DNA of 34,257 nucleotides, taken from Candidatus Falkowbacteria bacterium HGW-Falkowbacteria-2. Its GTDB lineage: Bacteria > Patescibacteriota > Patescibacteriia > Patescibacteriales > UBA12465. The stretch is from NCBI GenBank assembly GCA_002841655.1, contig PHAH01000001.1:1-34257 (forward strand). The letters are read 5' to 3'. Positions 1 to 7,953 of the stretch are shown here, piece after piece. Every line of letters begins with the position of its first letter. The stretch's first letter is position 1. The notes beneath the pieces were generated by a model, which had not been told where the DNA came from, did no database searches, and worked only from the letters and a program-made list of their open reading frames with translations. A program made the translations under genes and the position numbers.

Positions 1-439
1 ACAGAAAGGTTATTATCACCCTTAGGTCATACATCGCTAAGGGCTGAGAAACCTCGTTAAGTGGGGCGATCATCTGCCACATAAGCATCGTGAAACCGAG
101 AAAAAAGAACAAAATAGAAAGGGTTAGCTTTAGTGGTCGATACTTCTTGTTCAGCTGTATTGATTGCAATAGTAACTGTCTCTGCATTAAGGCAGTTACA
201 AAGCAAGCGATTACACCAAGAGTGAAACTGATAATATATATTACCGGTGCTTCAGGAGGTAATTTTTCTCGTGAAACGTAATACACGATTATCATCATCA
301 GGGGGAAGCCAATAATGGTCGCTATTTTTATCACCAACCAAAGCAGGCTGAGAATATACTCTTTCGAGCCATACCGACTCATGCGCAACTGTACGCTAAT
401 TAAGTAGCAGAACAGAATTACTGTAGCAACAAAAATCAT
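1..439 (-). CDS. multi-pass membrane protein, hypothetical; 3' end cut by window edge
   Basis: ATG at 439-437. Hand translation of the minus strand stays open to base 2 (146 codons, MIFVATVILFCYLISVQL...) and shows several hydrophobic helices. Absent from the ORF track because it has no stop in the window. Confidence 0.55.
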   Translation of the reverse strand, partial: MIFVATVILFCYLISVQLRMSRYGSKEYILSLLWLVIKIATIIGFPLMMIIVYYVSREKLPPEAPVIYIISFTLGVIACFVTALMQRQLLLQSIQLNKKYRPLKLTLSILFFFLGFTMLMWQMIAPLNEVSQPLAMYDLRVIITFL

Positions 440-452
440 GTCTTATACTTTT

Positions 453-923
453 TTAGGTGAGTGATTGTTCATCAATTTTGTAAACTGGTTCTGCGGTTTT
501 ATAAGACATTATAAAACCAACAGAAGAAATAACGGCGTAAAGGGCAAAGAAGGAGCTCAGCCTGAAGTCGAGGTAGATAATGAGTGAAACTGACAGGCAT
601 AGACTAGCCAGAGTGGCACTATAGCGTCCAAACTTATACATAAAGTCTATTCGCCTTTTAATCAATTGATAATGGACAAGACTGCTTGTGGCGGCCACAT
701 AGGCGATTAGAGCGGTATATACCCGACTATCAATCGTACTTAACTGCAAAGCCAGCAGGGTGGCCGGCACGGCACACCATAGGATTCGAATTAAAGCCGC
801 TTTGGCAAAACCAGGGTCTGATTGCAGCCTCATCACCTTAATGGCAGTCCTGATTGCAATCACTGAAAAGAAAATCCCCGCTAACGCGAGAATAATAACT
901 AACATCGTGTTCATGGTGCTCAT
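453..923 (-). CDS. small multi-pass membrane protein, hypothetical
   Basis: 156-aa ORF with an ATG start and 4-5 hydrophobic segments, lying 13 bp upstream of the previous gene. Confidence 0.65.
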   Translation of the reverse strand: MSTMNTMLVIILALAGIFFSVIAIRTAIKVMRLQSDPGFAKAALIRILWCAVPATLLALQLSTIDSRVYTALIAYVAATSSLVHYQLIKRRIDFMYKFGRYSATLASLCLSVSLIIYLDFRLSSFFALYAVISSVGFIMSYKTAEPVYKIDEQSLT

Positions 924-1033
924 GGCTTGAAGTTTTTAGGTTATTGTTAAAGAATTACTAGAACATTAGTATATTATCAGGATTATGTCAATACTGCTGT
1001 TTTTACTTAAATTCTGTCAAAATTATTCTAATA

Positions 1034-1066
1034 TAATAAAAAATAGACACCGCTAGGTGTCTATTT
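1034..1066 (-). terminator. intrinsic terminator downstream of 1082..1732
   Basis: 11-bp stem AAATAGACACC (1041-1051) / GGTGTCTATTT (1056-1066) with loop GCTA and a T-rich tail on the minus strand. Confidence 0.6.
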
Positions 1067-1081
1067 ATATTGTATATTTTT

Positions 1082-1732
1082 CTAATTTGCACTTGGCTTA
1101 ATGAAATTGCGGATAATTGACCTGAAACTACGTTGTTTCTTAGCTTCAGGCATAGTCTTCAGATTATCACCAGCATGGCTTTCACGAAAAGCCTCTTGGC
1201 GCACATTAATTCGACTACCCTGCCCGCCATTCCTGAAACTTTCTGCCCGCATACGGCTATCTGCTGATTCAACAAGTTCCTCATATTTCTCTTCCTCCCC
1301 TTCCTCCATCATCATTTCAACATCCTTCACCGCCTCCACATCACTCATTATCTTTTCTCTTCCTTCCTCACGATTAATGGATATTGTCTTCTCACTGCCG
1401 GAAATAGAGGCAGCGCCGATGGGGCCAGAGACTTCCGGATTTAATTCTTCAATCTTGTAGTCGGCCAGGTTAGAGGCTAACTCAGAAGCAGGAAAACTTT
1501 CCTCAATTTCCTGATCTGCTTCCTCGCTTCCCTCTTCTTCCCCGAATCCCTCATATGAATTATCAGCAATATCTTCCACCGTTTTGTATCCATACTTAGG
1601 GTTATTAGCATCAACAATCTCTTCATCTTCATCAGCGGGTGTTTCACCCAACGGACGACGATTCTTTCGATCTAAGGCTTCATTTAATTGTGTGCCAAGA
1701 ATATTGGCCTCTACATTGAAATTTTCCTTCAT
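1082..1732 (-). CDS. highly acidic, low-complexity hypothetical protein with basic C-terminus
   Basis: 216-aa ORF with an ATG start, long D/E-rich runs and no hydrophobic segment. It is flanked by its own terminator. Confidence 0.65.
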   Translation of the reverse strand: MKENFNVEANILGTQLNEALDRKNRRPLGETPADEDEEIVDANNPKYGYKTVEDIADNSYEGFGEEEGSEEADQEIEESFPASELASNLADYKIEELNPEVSGPIGAASISGSEKTISINREEGREKIMSDVEAVKDVEMMMEEGEEEKYEELVESADSRMRAESFRNGGQGSRINVRQEAFRESHAGDNLKTMPEAKKQRSFRSIIRNFIKPSAN

Positions 1733-1801
1733 AGAGTTAATGTAAATTATTGAATTCCCTCCTTACTATATATTTTGTAATCTGAAAGCAATTTTGTCAA
1801 T

Positions 1802-1826
1802 AAAAAAACCCCTACTTAATGAGGGG
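1802..1826 (-). terminator. intrinsic terminator downstream of 1839..2366
   Basis: Stem CCCCT (1809-1813) / AGGGG (1822-1826). The A7 run at 1802-1808 gives a T7 tail on the minus strand. Confidence 0.55.
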
Positions 1827-1838
1827 TCAAATATTCTT

Positions 1839-2366
1839 CTAATCCATGATGCGATTAGTGCATTTAAAGCGTAGCGAAATGCAGGCACATATTGGCCTTA
1901 TCGCCAGCTTCAAACTTGAAAGGACGAAGAAAGTGATGAGAACAACCATCATTTCCATGGCATACAGATATATCAACGTAAGATCTTTATCCGCTTGCAA
2001 GTATTTGTACGCATAGCGAATAAACAATGTCAGACAAATAGCATGAACCATAATACTCGCTCCCCTAGCCATTGTCGCGCTCATTACCCTGTTTTGCGCA
2101 ATCAAATGGTGATGATATAGCGCGGAGGCAACACAGATGATTGCTACCGGCATGAAAACATAGGCACAATAGGCAAGGCTAATGAGACCGAGGTGGACCA
2201 GGAGAATAATCACAAAATACAAAATGATAGAAATGCACGCCGCCCAAATAAAGAGCTTAAAGTGCCAAGGGAAAGCCGGTTGAAAGGGATAGCGTCGATA
2301 AATACTCACAATTGAGTAAATACCGACAAAAGCTAGAGCAGCCAGTAGTAAATTTAATACTTCCAT
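1839..2366 (-). CDS. multi-pass membrane protein, hypothetical
   Basis: The ORF track gives 1839..2420 from a TTG start. The first ATG is at 2366 (MEVLNLLLAALAF...). About 5 hydrophobic helices. Confidence 0.6.
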   Translation of the reverse strand: MEVLNLLLAALAFVGIYSIVSIYRRYPFQPAFPWHFKLFIWAACISIILYFVIILLVHLGLISLAYCAYVFMPVAIICVASALYHHHLIAQNRVMSATMARGASIMVHAICLTLFIRYAYKYLQADKDLTLIYLYAMEMMVVLITFFVLSSLKLAIRPICACISLRFKCTNRIMD

Positions 2367-2452
2367 GATTACAAGGTTTATAGGGTTTGATGATTGATTT
2401 GTTTCAAAGGACAATGCCAAATACTATCATCAAATAATGGATTAGTAAAGGA

Positions 2453-2482
2453 ATAACAAAAGACCCCCTGTGAAGGGGGTCT
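2453..2482 (-). terminator. intrinsic terminator downstream of the giant surface-protein gene
   Basis: 8-bp GC-rich stem AGACCCCC (2461-2468) / GGGGGTCT (2475-2482) with T-rich tails on both strands. Confidence 0.75.
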
Positions 2483-2521
2483 TTTTGTTTGACTATATCT
2501 AATCTCTAAAGAGAATAAATA

Positions 2522-5500
2522 TTAGTTCTTAGACAAGGTCCAGGTCTGGGTATCCAATCCGGGTACATTGTAGCCATTAGCCCAAGTATAAGCGGAGATG
2601 GAAGCGCCATCAGACCAAGCGAAATTGCCGTCTAAGTCAGTTGTCAATGCTCCAGTCAAAGAATCGAAAGGAGTATCTTCAACAATCTTAGCAGTGATGG
2701 ATTCAGAACCAGTACCAGAAACACCTACAGTCGCAATAACTTCGAAGGTCTTAGTCGTGCCAGCGGCAACGATTTCAGGAGAAGCTAAAGTAATAGTCAG
2801 GTCGTCGCTATCAAGAGCAGCAGTTGCAGCCTTGTTGGCGCCATTAACCTTTAGGGTGTTGGTGGTAGTTGCCAAAGTTGCACTTGCAGTCTTACTGGTG
2901 AGCAAGGTGAAGCGACCAACGGTCACATCAGCATTTGCATCAGCAGTAACAGTGAACTTAGCGATTACCTTGTCACCAGCGTTTAAGAGAGTATCCGGTA
3001 AAGCTTGATAGGTAACGGTCGGGATAGTCTTGCGGATGATGAAGGTGGATGCAGTCAAGACAGCAGGATTGCCACCCTGGCCATCCAAAGTAACTGTCTG
3101 TTCAGCACCAGCGGAAGACTTAAACTTCACGCTTTCAACCTGTAACTGGAATGTCTTGTTAGTAGCAGTCGCATCATTCTCAATGTTGTTGAGAGAGAGG
3201 CGTACAGACAAGGTCTTAGAACCATTAGCTGGAACAACAATAGTGTTGTTAGCAATAGTAAACTTGCCAGCGCCATTAACTGGGACGAACTGATCGATTA
3301 AAGTGGAGCCATCATAAAGTTTGATAGCAGCAATTCTAGGATCAGCATCTACTCCCTCATCATTGCTGATGTTGATTTCACTTAAATTAGCGACATCATT
3401 AACAGCTGTGAGTTTAATCTGAGCGACTTCCTGGTCCATAGCCTTAGAAACTAAGAGACCATCAACAGGAGAATCACCACCAACTTCTACAGTCAAAGTA
3501 CCAGAAGCCTTAACCTGGAATTGAGTTGTTTGAGCAGTGTTTCCAGAGGAGATAACGGTACCGCGAGAATCTTGAGCATTAATTGTCATAACTGTAGCGA
3601 AGTAGCTATCAGTTACAGCTGAAGAATCAATAGTACCCTTAATCTCTAAGCTCTTAGTGGTATCTTTTGCAATGTTGACATTCAATGAAGAGAAGTTTGC
3701 ACCGCTCGATCCAAAGTCAACAGTATTGCCAACCTGAACGCCATCAACATAAAGCTTCATATCAGAGATAGCTGAAGCTAATGTAGCTGTAGTTGAGCCG
3801 ATATTGCCGCCAAAAGAAACGGAAGTAATTTTTACTTCATCGTTGGTGGCCTTTACAGTAAATTTACCGAAAGAGATATCGGTGCTACCAGCAACAACAG
3901 GCTTGTTGTTACCATAGCCGTCGTTGCGGACAGTAGTTAAAGCAGCTCCCTGTACAGTGAAGGTAGCGCCAGTTGCGCTTCCGCCAATAGTAGCAACGGA
4001 GTTACCAGACACTACGTATTCAGCGTTAAATCCGGTGAAAACATCGGTGCCAAGAATCTTGGCATAGAATGCAGAAGTGGCTGTGGCATTGCTTTTAGCT
4101 TTAACCATAACTCTCACTTCGTTATCACCCTTATTAAGGCTGATTGAGCTGTCGATATCTGCAGTCAACAAAGTAGTTGTGCTTACAGAAGGATCGAAAG
4201 AGTCAAGAAGAACTCCGTTAAGGAATACTCTGACGTTTTCGAACTGGTTGGTTGTAGTTGCAGTGGTTGCATCAGAACCATACCAAATCTTCATGCCATC
4301 AGCAACGACCTGTTCGTCAGCGCGAATGTTGGCAATTAAGACAACATTATCTGTGCCCTTAACGATAGTTGTGTCAGATGGAGAAGTGCTTTTCTTTGAG
4401 ATTGATACATTACCAGCCTCGATTGTTCTGATAGAGATCTGGTGAGCATCTGCTAAAACAGTGCTGGAATTTGTGGTGTAAGTATTTACGCCGAATCCAG
4501 TGCTTTTTTCATAAGCAACTAAGTCAGTAGACTTGTTTAACTCAAGAACAAAGCTGTTAAGACCGGTGTTTTCCTTAGAGATGATATCTCCTTTAACATA
4601 AAAGAGTTTGCTACCATCATCCTTCAAAAGGTCGAAACCTTCATTGAAGAAGAAAGTGACAAAGCGACCATCAACAGTATATCTGGAAGTTACCTTGTTA
4701 CCAGCATGTTCCAGGTAAAGATTCATGGTTGTTTTGGAAAGATCCTCAACACCATTGTTCTTTAAAGTGATGGAGCTCAATCTTACATCCTTAGCAGCGG
4801 TGCCGCCAGAAGTATTGAATCCGAGCTCAAAGCGACCCATGTCAACCTTCTCATCGCCAACCTTAATAGTGCTGGTAGCAACATTCATACCAGTCATAGC
4901 AAGCTTAGCAACATCATAAGCAATCAAAGACATTAAATTACCATTGATTGGGAATGAGCCGGTAACAGAAGCGGCAGTAGCACTAACTGCGGAAGCAGAA
5001 GCTACAGCGAGACCAATATTACCAGTGCCAGTGCCAGTTAAAGAAGCAACGAGATCGATGCCTAAGGTCTGACCAGCTGGGATGTTAAGAGCAGGAGAGA
5101 AAACTAAGATAGCTTCATCGTTCGAATTCATTGATTTCTTCGAAGCGATTACGTTACCGTTGTATTCAGCCCAAACTTTGTCTACATCATTGTAAGATGA
5201 AAGACCAATTCTCTTAACAGTAATTGAATTGATAGATACATTACCATCAGAAGCAGCGGTCAAGTTAACCTTAGTGAAAGGAACTCTAACGCCATTCTTC
5301 GGGATGGAAGTAGACATTGGGGTCTGTGAGCTTAAAGCTAAAGACAAACCAGAACCTGTGATTGGAGAACCAACGCCACCTGAAGGAGCTGAGAAAGTTT
5401 CAGCACCAGTGATGCTTGAACCAGAAGCGGTTAAAGTCATTGTGGTGGTAACAACATTGTTGAAGCTGAAGCGATTTGCATTGAATGCAGATTCGCTGGC

Positions 5501-6055
5501 AATCAAACGATAGTTGGTGCCATCAAAGTAATAGATGCTTGCGTTGTCAGCATTCTTCAATAAAGTACCAGCTGGGTAAGTACCAGAAGGTAATGGTGAG
5601 CCAACAGTGTAGTTGGTGAAGAATGAGTCAGCGACGTCGACGATGATCTTGTTCCAATTGGAACCGTACAAAGCGATAGCATCAGCTTCACTCTGGATCT
5701 TTCTTAAAACGCCATTAGGAGTAACAGCGTAAACAGAAGGATCGGTTGTGATTTTCACGAGCTTAGTGCCCGGTCTCATTGTAACGTTAGAACCTAACGG
5801 ATAGGTCTGTAATTCAGAAGCTGGGATGGTTACCACGCCGCTGAAGTCAGCATACCAAGAGAAATAAACGGATTCGCTTGGGAAGACATATCTTTTTCCA
5901 TCGGAGCCAAGGTAATAAACGGAGGACAAGCCATCCATTTTAATCAAATCACCAGCCTGTGCAGCAGCCTTAGCTGTATTCACAGTTAAACCGCTCATAG
6001 CGATGATTGACAATACCATTACGCCGATAGTTAAGAATTTGCGTAATTTTTTCAT
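2522..6055 (-). CDS. giant secreted surface / S-layer-like protein (1177 aa)
   Basis: The ORF runs to 6106 from a TTG. The ATG at 6055 gives MKKLRKFLTIGVMVLSIIAMSGLTVNTAKAA, a classic signal peptide. The remainder is T/S/V/G/A/N-rich and beta-rich with no cysteine. The N-terminus carries two copies of a YY.G.DG.RY.F..ES.F-like motif. Confidence 0.9.
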   Translation of the reverse strand: MKKLRKFLTIGVMVLSIIAMSGLTVNTAKAAAQAGDLIKMDGLSSVYYLGSDGKRYVFPSESVYFSWYADFSGVVTIPASELQTYPLGSNVTMRPGTKLVKITTDPSVYAVTPNGVLRKIQSEADAIALYGSNWNKIIVDVADSFFTNYTVGSPLPSGTYPAGTLLKNADNASIYYFDGTNYRLIASESAFNANRFSFNNVVTTTMTLTASGSSITGAETFSAPSGGVGSPITGSGLSLALSSQTPMSTSIPKNGVRVPFTKVNLTAASDGNVSINSITVKRIGLSSYNDVDKVWAEYNGNVIASKKSMNSNDEAILVFSPALNIPAGQTLGIDLVASLTGTGTGNIGLAVASASAVSATAASVTGSFPINGNLMSLIAYDVAKLAMTGMNVATSTIKVGDEKVDMGRFELGFNTSGGTAAKDVRLSSITLKNNGVEDLSKTTMNLYLEHAGNKVTSRYTVDGRFVTFFFNEGFDLLKDDGSKLFYVKGDIISKENTGLNSFVLELNKSTDLVAYEKSTGFGVNTYTTNSSTVLADAHQISIRTIEAGNVSISKKSTSPSDTTIVKGTDNVVLIANIRADEQVVADGMKIWYGSDATTATTTNQFENVRVFLNGVLLDSFDPSVSTTTLLTADIDSSISLNKGDNEVRVMVKAKSNATATSAFYAKILGTDVFTGFNAEYVVSGNSVATIGGSATGATFTVQGAALTTVRNDGYGNNKPVVAGSTDISFGKFTVKATNDEVKITSVSFGGNIGSTTATLASAISDMKLYVDGVQVGNTVDFGSSGANFSSLNVNIAKDTTKSLEIKGTIDSSAVTDSYFATVMTINAQDSRGTVISSGNTAQTTQFQVKASGTLTVEVGGDSPVDGLLVSKAMDQEVAQIKLTAVNDVANLSEINISNDEGVDADPRIAAIKLYDGSTLIDQFVPVNGAGKFTIANNTIVVPANGSKTLSVRLSLNNIENDATATNKTFQLQVESVKFKSSAGAEQTVTLDGQGGNPAVLTASTFIIRKTIPTVTYQALPDTLLNAGDKVIAKFTVTADANADVTVGRFTLLTSKTASATLATTTNTLKVNGANKAATAALDSDDLTITLASPEIVAAGTTKTFEVIATVGVSGTGSESITAKIVEDTPFDSLTGALTTDLDGNFAWSDGASISAYTWANGYNVPGLDTQTWTLSKN

Positions 6056-6106
6056 AAGTAATAGATAAATCACTGACAGTTGTCCACACAATAGTAGCGA
6101 GAACAA

Positions 6107-6706
6107 ACTGTTAATGATGAAAGAATTCGTTTTAACATACGGATTTCTCTTCTCTCTTTACCTTTTTACATTCGAGGATTTTATCTTTGTCACTCGTGGT
6201 CTCATTCCAGCCACAGGAAGTTCAAATTTATAGATTGATCGGAATCCCGCTCCACCAACCAAGTCGGCAAGCAAGCTTTAAGACTGACATAACGATTAAG
6301 TACTGCCAGCCTCTTAGGCTTCTTTAGCCGAGGCTGGAGAAAAGCTTAACCAATCTACGGGGAACTTCTTGTAGCCTTCTTTTGACCAGAGAGCAACTTG
6401 GACTAAATCCATGTCTGCTTTGAGGTATTGAAGGCAGAAAAATCTTTCGGAAAAACGTTTCTAGTTAATAAGGAGCGATTACCTCCCACATAATTGGGAA
6501 TCGACCTTGACTAGGCTCGCTTTAACCCTGGGCCACCGGCTGCTGTAGAGTAATCCACTGCAGTCGGACTCGCCAGGATTTATTAGTTTATCTCCGTAGT
6601 GCAATCTAGATCGGAAGAGTTCAGTAATCTGATCTTCTAAAAAAGCATCGACTTCAGAGGCAAACTAATAAACACCGGCGAATACCAGTATTTAAGTTTC
6701 TAAATG
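6107..6706 (-). other. 600-nt ORF-free leader / possible structured RNA upstream of the surface-protein gene
   Basis: No ORF of 60 aa or more in any frame. GC is visibly higher than in neighbouring intergenic DNA. Several stems are present, e.g. CCAGCCTC 6306-6313 / GAGGCTGG 6330-6337. Confidence 0.3.
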
Positions 6707-7507
6707 TTATTTAATGAGCTCGCGCACTTCCTTAATCTTCTCCATGGCGCCGTTATATTCTTTATTATCAAACAAGGTTTTAGCTTCATCGAGAATCTCA
6801 TTGGCAGCCTTTACATCTTTAACTGGTTCAGTTTTGACTTCGAGAGTACCAGTAGCACTAGACGTGGCGGTGGTGGTTGGGGTAACAGTACCGTTGTTGA
6901 TTGAGAGCTGGAGACCAGCGCCATCTTTTTCAGTACCGGCAGAAATAATGATGCCATCTTCACTTACAGCTGAATCAGATACTTCAGGAGCAATGGCAGT
7001 TTTCTGGATGGCGGCGATACGGGCACGGACGGTATTAATTTCACGATCGAAGTTCTTATTGAGCTCGGCAACCTTCACTTCATTATGAGCTCCCTCTTCT
7101 GTTCTTGATAAAACTTCGGTAATCGCTTCAGCGTGATCAGCGGCAAACTTCACTTCTAATTTTGCCTTCTCTTCATTATTGAATACGGTTGAGAGTTTTG
7201 CCTTCTCCGAAATGATACGCGCGATGTATAGAGATTCATCCGGCTTCGCTCTATTAAAGGCGAGGTGACCAAAGGCGCTAGCGCCAGTGGCAAACAATAG
7301 TAAGGCACCTAAAACCAAGGCCGGTTGAGAGACGGTCATGGTGAAGCTACGAGCATCAATTAAGATGCGCTTCCAGACAGACAATTCCTTTACCCCAGAG
7401 TTAGAGATTTGGGATAGCAAAATCTCCCGGTTGCTTTTCAACCAGGCTGAATCAGGAGTTATCTTCTTGAGGTCCTTCAGTTGTTTGATGAAGTTATTCT
7501 CAGTCAT
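6707..7507 (-). CDS. single-pass membrane protein resembling DUF5667-type putative anti-sigma partners
   Basis: The ORF track starts at TTG 7513; the ATG is at 7507 (MTENNFIKQLKDLKKITPDSAWLKSNREILLSQI). It has one TM segment followed by a helical/coiled region and a T-rich linker. The family call is from memory of CPR annotations. Confidence 0.7.
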   Translation of the reverse strand: MTENNFIKQLKDLKKITPDSAWLKSNREILLSQISNSGVKELSVWKRILIDARSFTMTVSQPALVLGALLLFATGASAFGHLAFNRAKPDESLYIARIISEKAKLSTVFNNEEKAKLEVKFAADHAEAITEVLSRTEEGAHNEVKVAELNKNFDREINTVRARIAAIQKTAIAPEVSDSAVSEDGIIISAGTEKDGAGLQLSINNGTVTPTTTATSSATGTLEVKTEPVKDVKAANEILDEAKTLFDNKEYNGAMEKIKEVRELIK

Positions 7508-7638
7508 ACGCAATAGTATACGGATGAGTAGTCATTATGTTACAGTCCCCTGCTCCATTTCCGCCCGTCTTTATTGATGATTTCTCGCCCTACCTGACTT
7601 AAGTCTAGAGATATGTGGACTTAAGGTTGAAGATTGTA

Positions 7639-7736
7639 TTTGACCCGAGATTTCTCTAAATGATATAATAATAGTGTCGAGTCCGTTCCTGCTTCCTCAG
7701 TTAAAAAATAAGCACCCGAAAGGGTGCTTATTTAAT
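7639..7736 (+). ncRNA. mini-unit A: promoter + ~60-nt transcript + terminator (candidate sRNA)
   Basis: TTGACC 7639-7644 and TGaTATAAT 7661-7669. Transcript GTGTCGAGTCCGTTCCTGCTTCCTCAG..., then hairpin AAATAAGCACCC-GAAA-GGGTGCTTATTT at 7706-7733. Confidence 0.4.
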
Positions 7737-7805
7737 AGATATTTCGGGATTCTTATAGGCATGAACTTGACCTTTATATTATAGCACTCTAAGGGTAAGA
7801 GTCAA
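7703..7805 (-). ncRNA. mini-unit D: promoter + ~70-nt transcript + terminator (candidate sRNA antisense to the tRNA-like gene)
   Basis: Minus-strand TTGACT 7805-7800, 16-nt spacer, TGcTATAAT 7786-7778. Transcript GGTCAAGTTCATGCCTATAAGAATCCCGAAAT..., then the same hairpin 7733-7706 followed by T6. Confidence 0.45.
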
Positions 7806-7821
7806 GCAACCCAGAGCTGGG

Positions 7822-7889
7822 TGGACCCGCGGGGAATCGAACCCCGAGGCGATGAGTGTCAAGTTCATGCCTAAGACCACGTCGGGCCC
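7822..7889 (-). tRNA. non-canonical tRNA-like gene (68 nt), identity undetermined
   Basis: GGGCCCGACGTGGTCTTAGGCATGAACTTGACACTCATCGCCTCGGGGTTCGATTCCCCGCGGGTCCA. The 7-bp acceptor stem has a G3:U70 pair. The T arm is canonical (CGGGG-TTCGATT-CCCCG) and the discriminator is A. The core is about 5 nt too short to hold both a D arm and an anticodon arm. TGcTAGAAT (7908-7900) lies just upstream. Confidence 0.5.
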
Positions 7890-7953
7890 ACTAGAAATCA
7901 TTCTAGCAAATACGTGGTAACTGCAGGATAACAAGACGTTAACTATTTTATAA

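Noticed and set aside
90-281. 63-aa plus-strand ORF (GTG start).
   Set aside because: It is antisense to the open minus-strand membrane-protein frame that spans 2-439. The translation is not protein-like.
2598-5513. Plus-strand ORFs of 64-136 aa (2598..3008, 3030..3293, 4077..4445, 4725..4919, 5229..5513) inside the giant surface-protein gene.
   Set aside because: All are antisense to a long, clearly coding minus-strand gene. Their translations are low-complexity mirror images (A/V/S/T/L-rich), and none has a promoter or independent support.
6241-6261. GGAATCCCGCTCCACCAACCA on the + strand resembles a tRNA/tmRNA 3' end (T-stem CCCGC, acceptor strand, ACCA). This could be an att-site remnant or a piece of a permuted tmRNA.
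   Set aside because: There is no matching 5' T-stem (GCGGG) or TTCGA loop upstream and no complementary acceptor 5' strand (TGGTGGA) anywhere nearby. No integrase is present and no second copy exists in the window. The resemblance is short enough to be chance.
6107-6706. RNase P RNA assignment. Minus-strand GGCGAGTCCGAC resembles CR-I GAAAGUCCGG, and GCCGACTTGG about 300 nt downstream could form a P4-like pairing.
   Set aside because: The universally conserved GGAAAGUCC adenosines and the ACAGAA..GGCUUA CR-V motif are absent, so I cannot support the call without a covariance-model search.
7756-7873. The 16-bp perfect inverted repeat (7756-7771 / 7858-7873) read as an invertible promoter switch (inverton) flipping the unit D promoter.
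   Set aside because: The flanked segment is only 86 bp, no invertase or recombinase gene is nearby, and inversion would not rebuild a complementary acceptor stem. RNA-RNA antisense pairing is the simpler reading.
7703-7889. Two-piece tmRNA-like system. The alanine-type tRNA-like piece would pair through the 16-bp helix with unit D, which contains the frame GCC TAT AAG AAT CCC GAA ATA TCT ATT AAA TAA (AYKNPEISIK-stop).
   Set aside because: The putative tag lacks the hydrophobic (L/V)AA-type C-terminus of known tags. No pseudoknots are evident. Units A-C do not carry comparable frames. The idea is kept only as a remote possibility under the tRNA-like finding.
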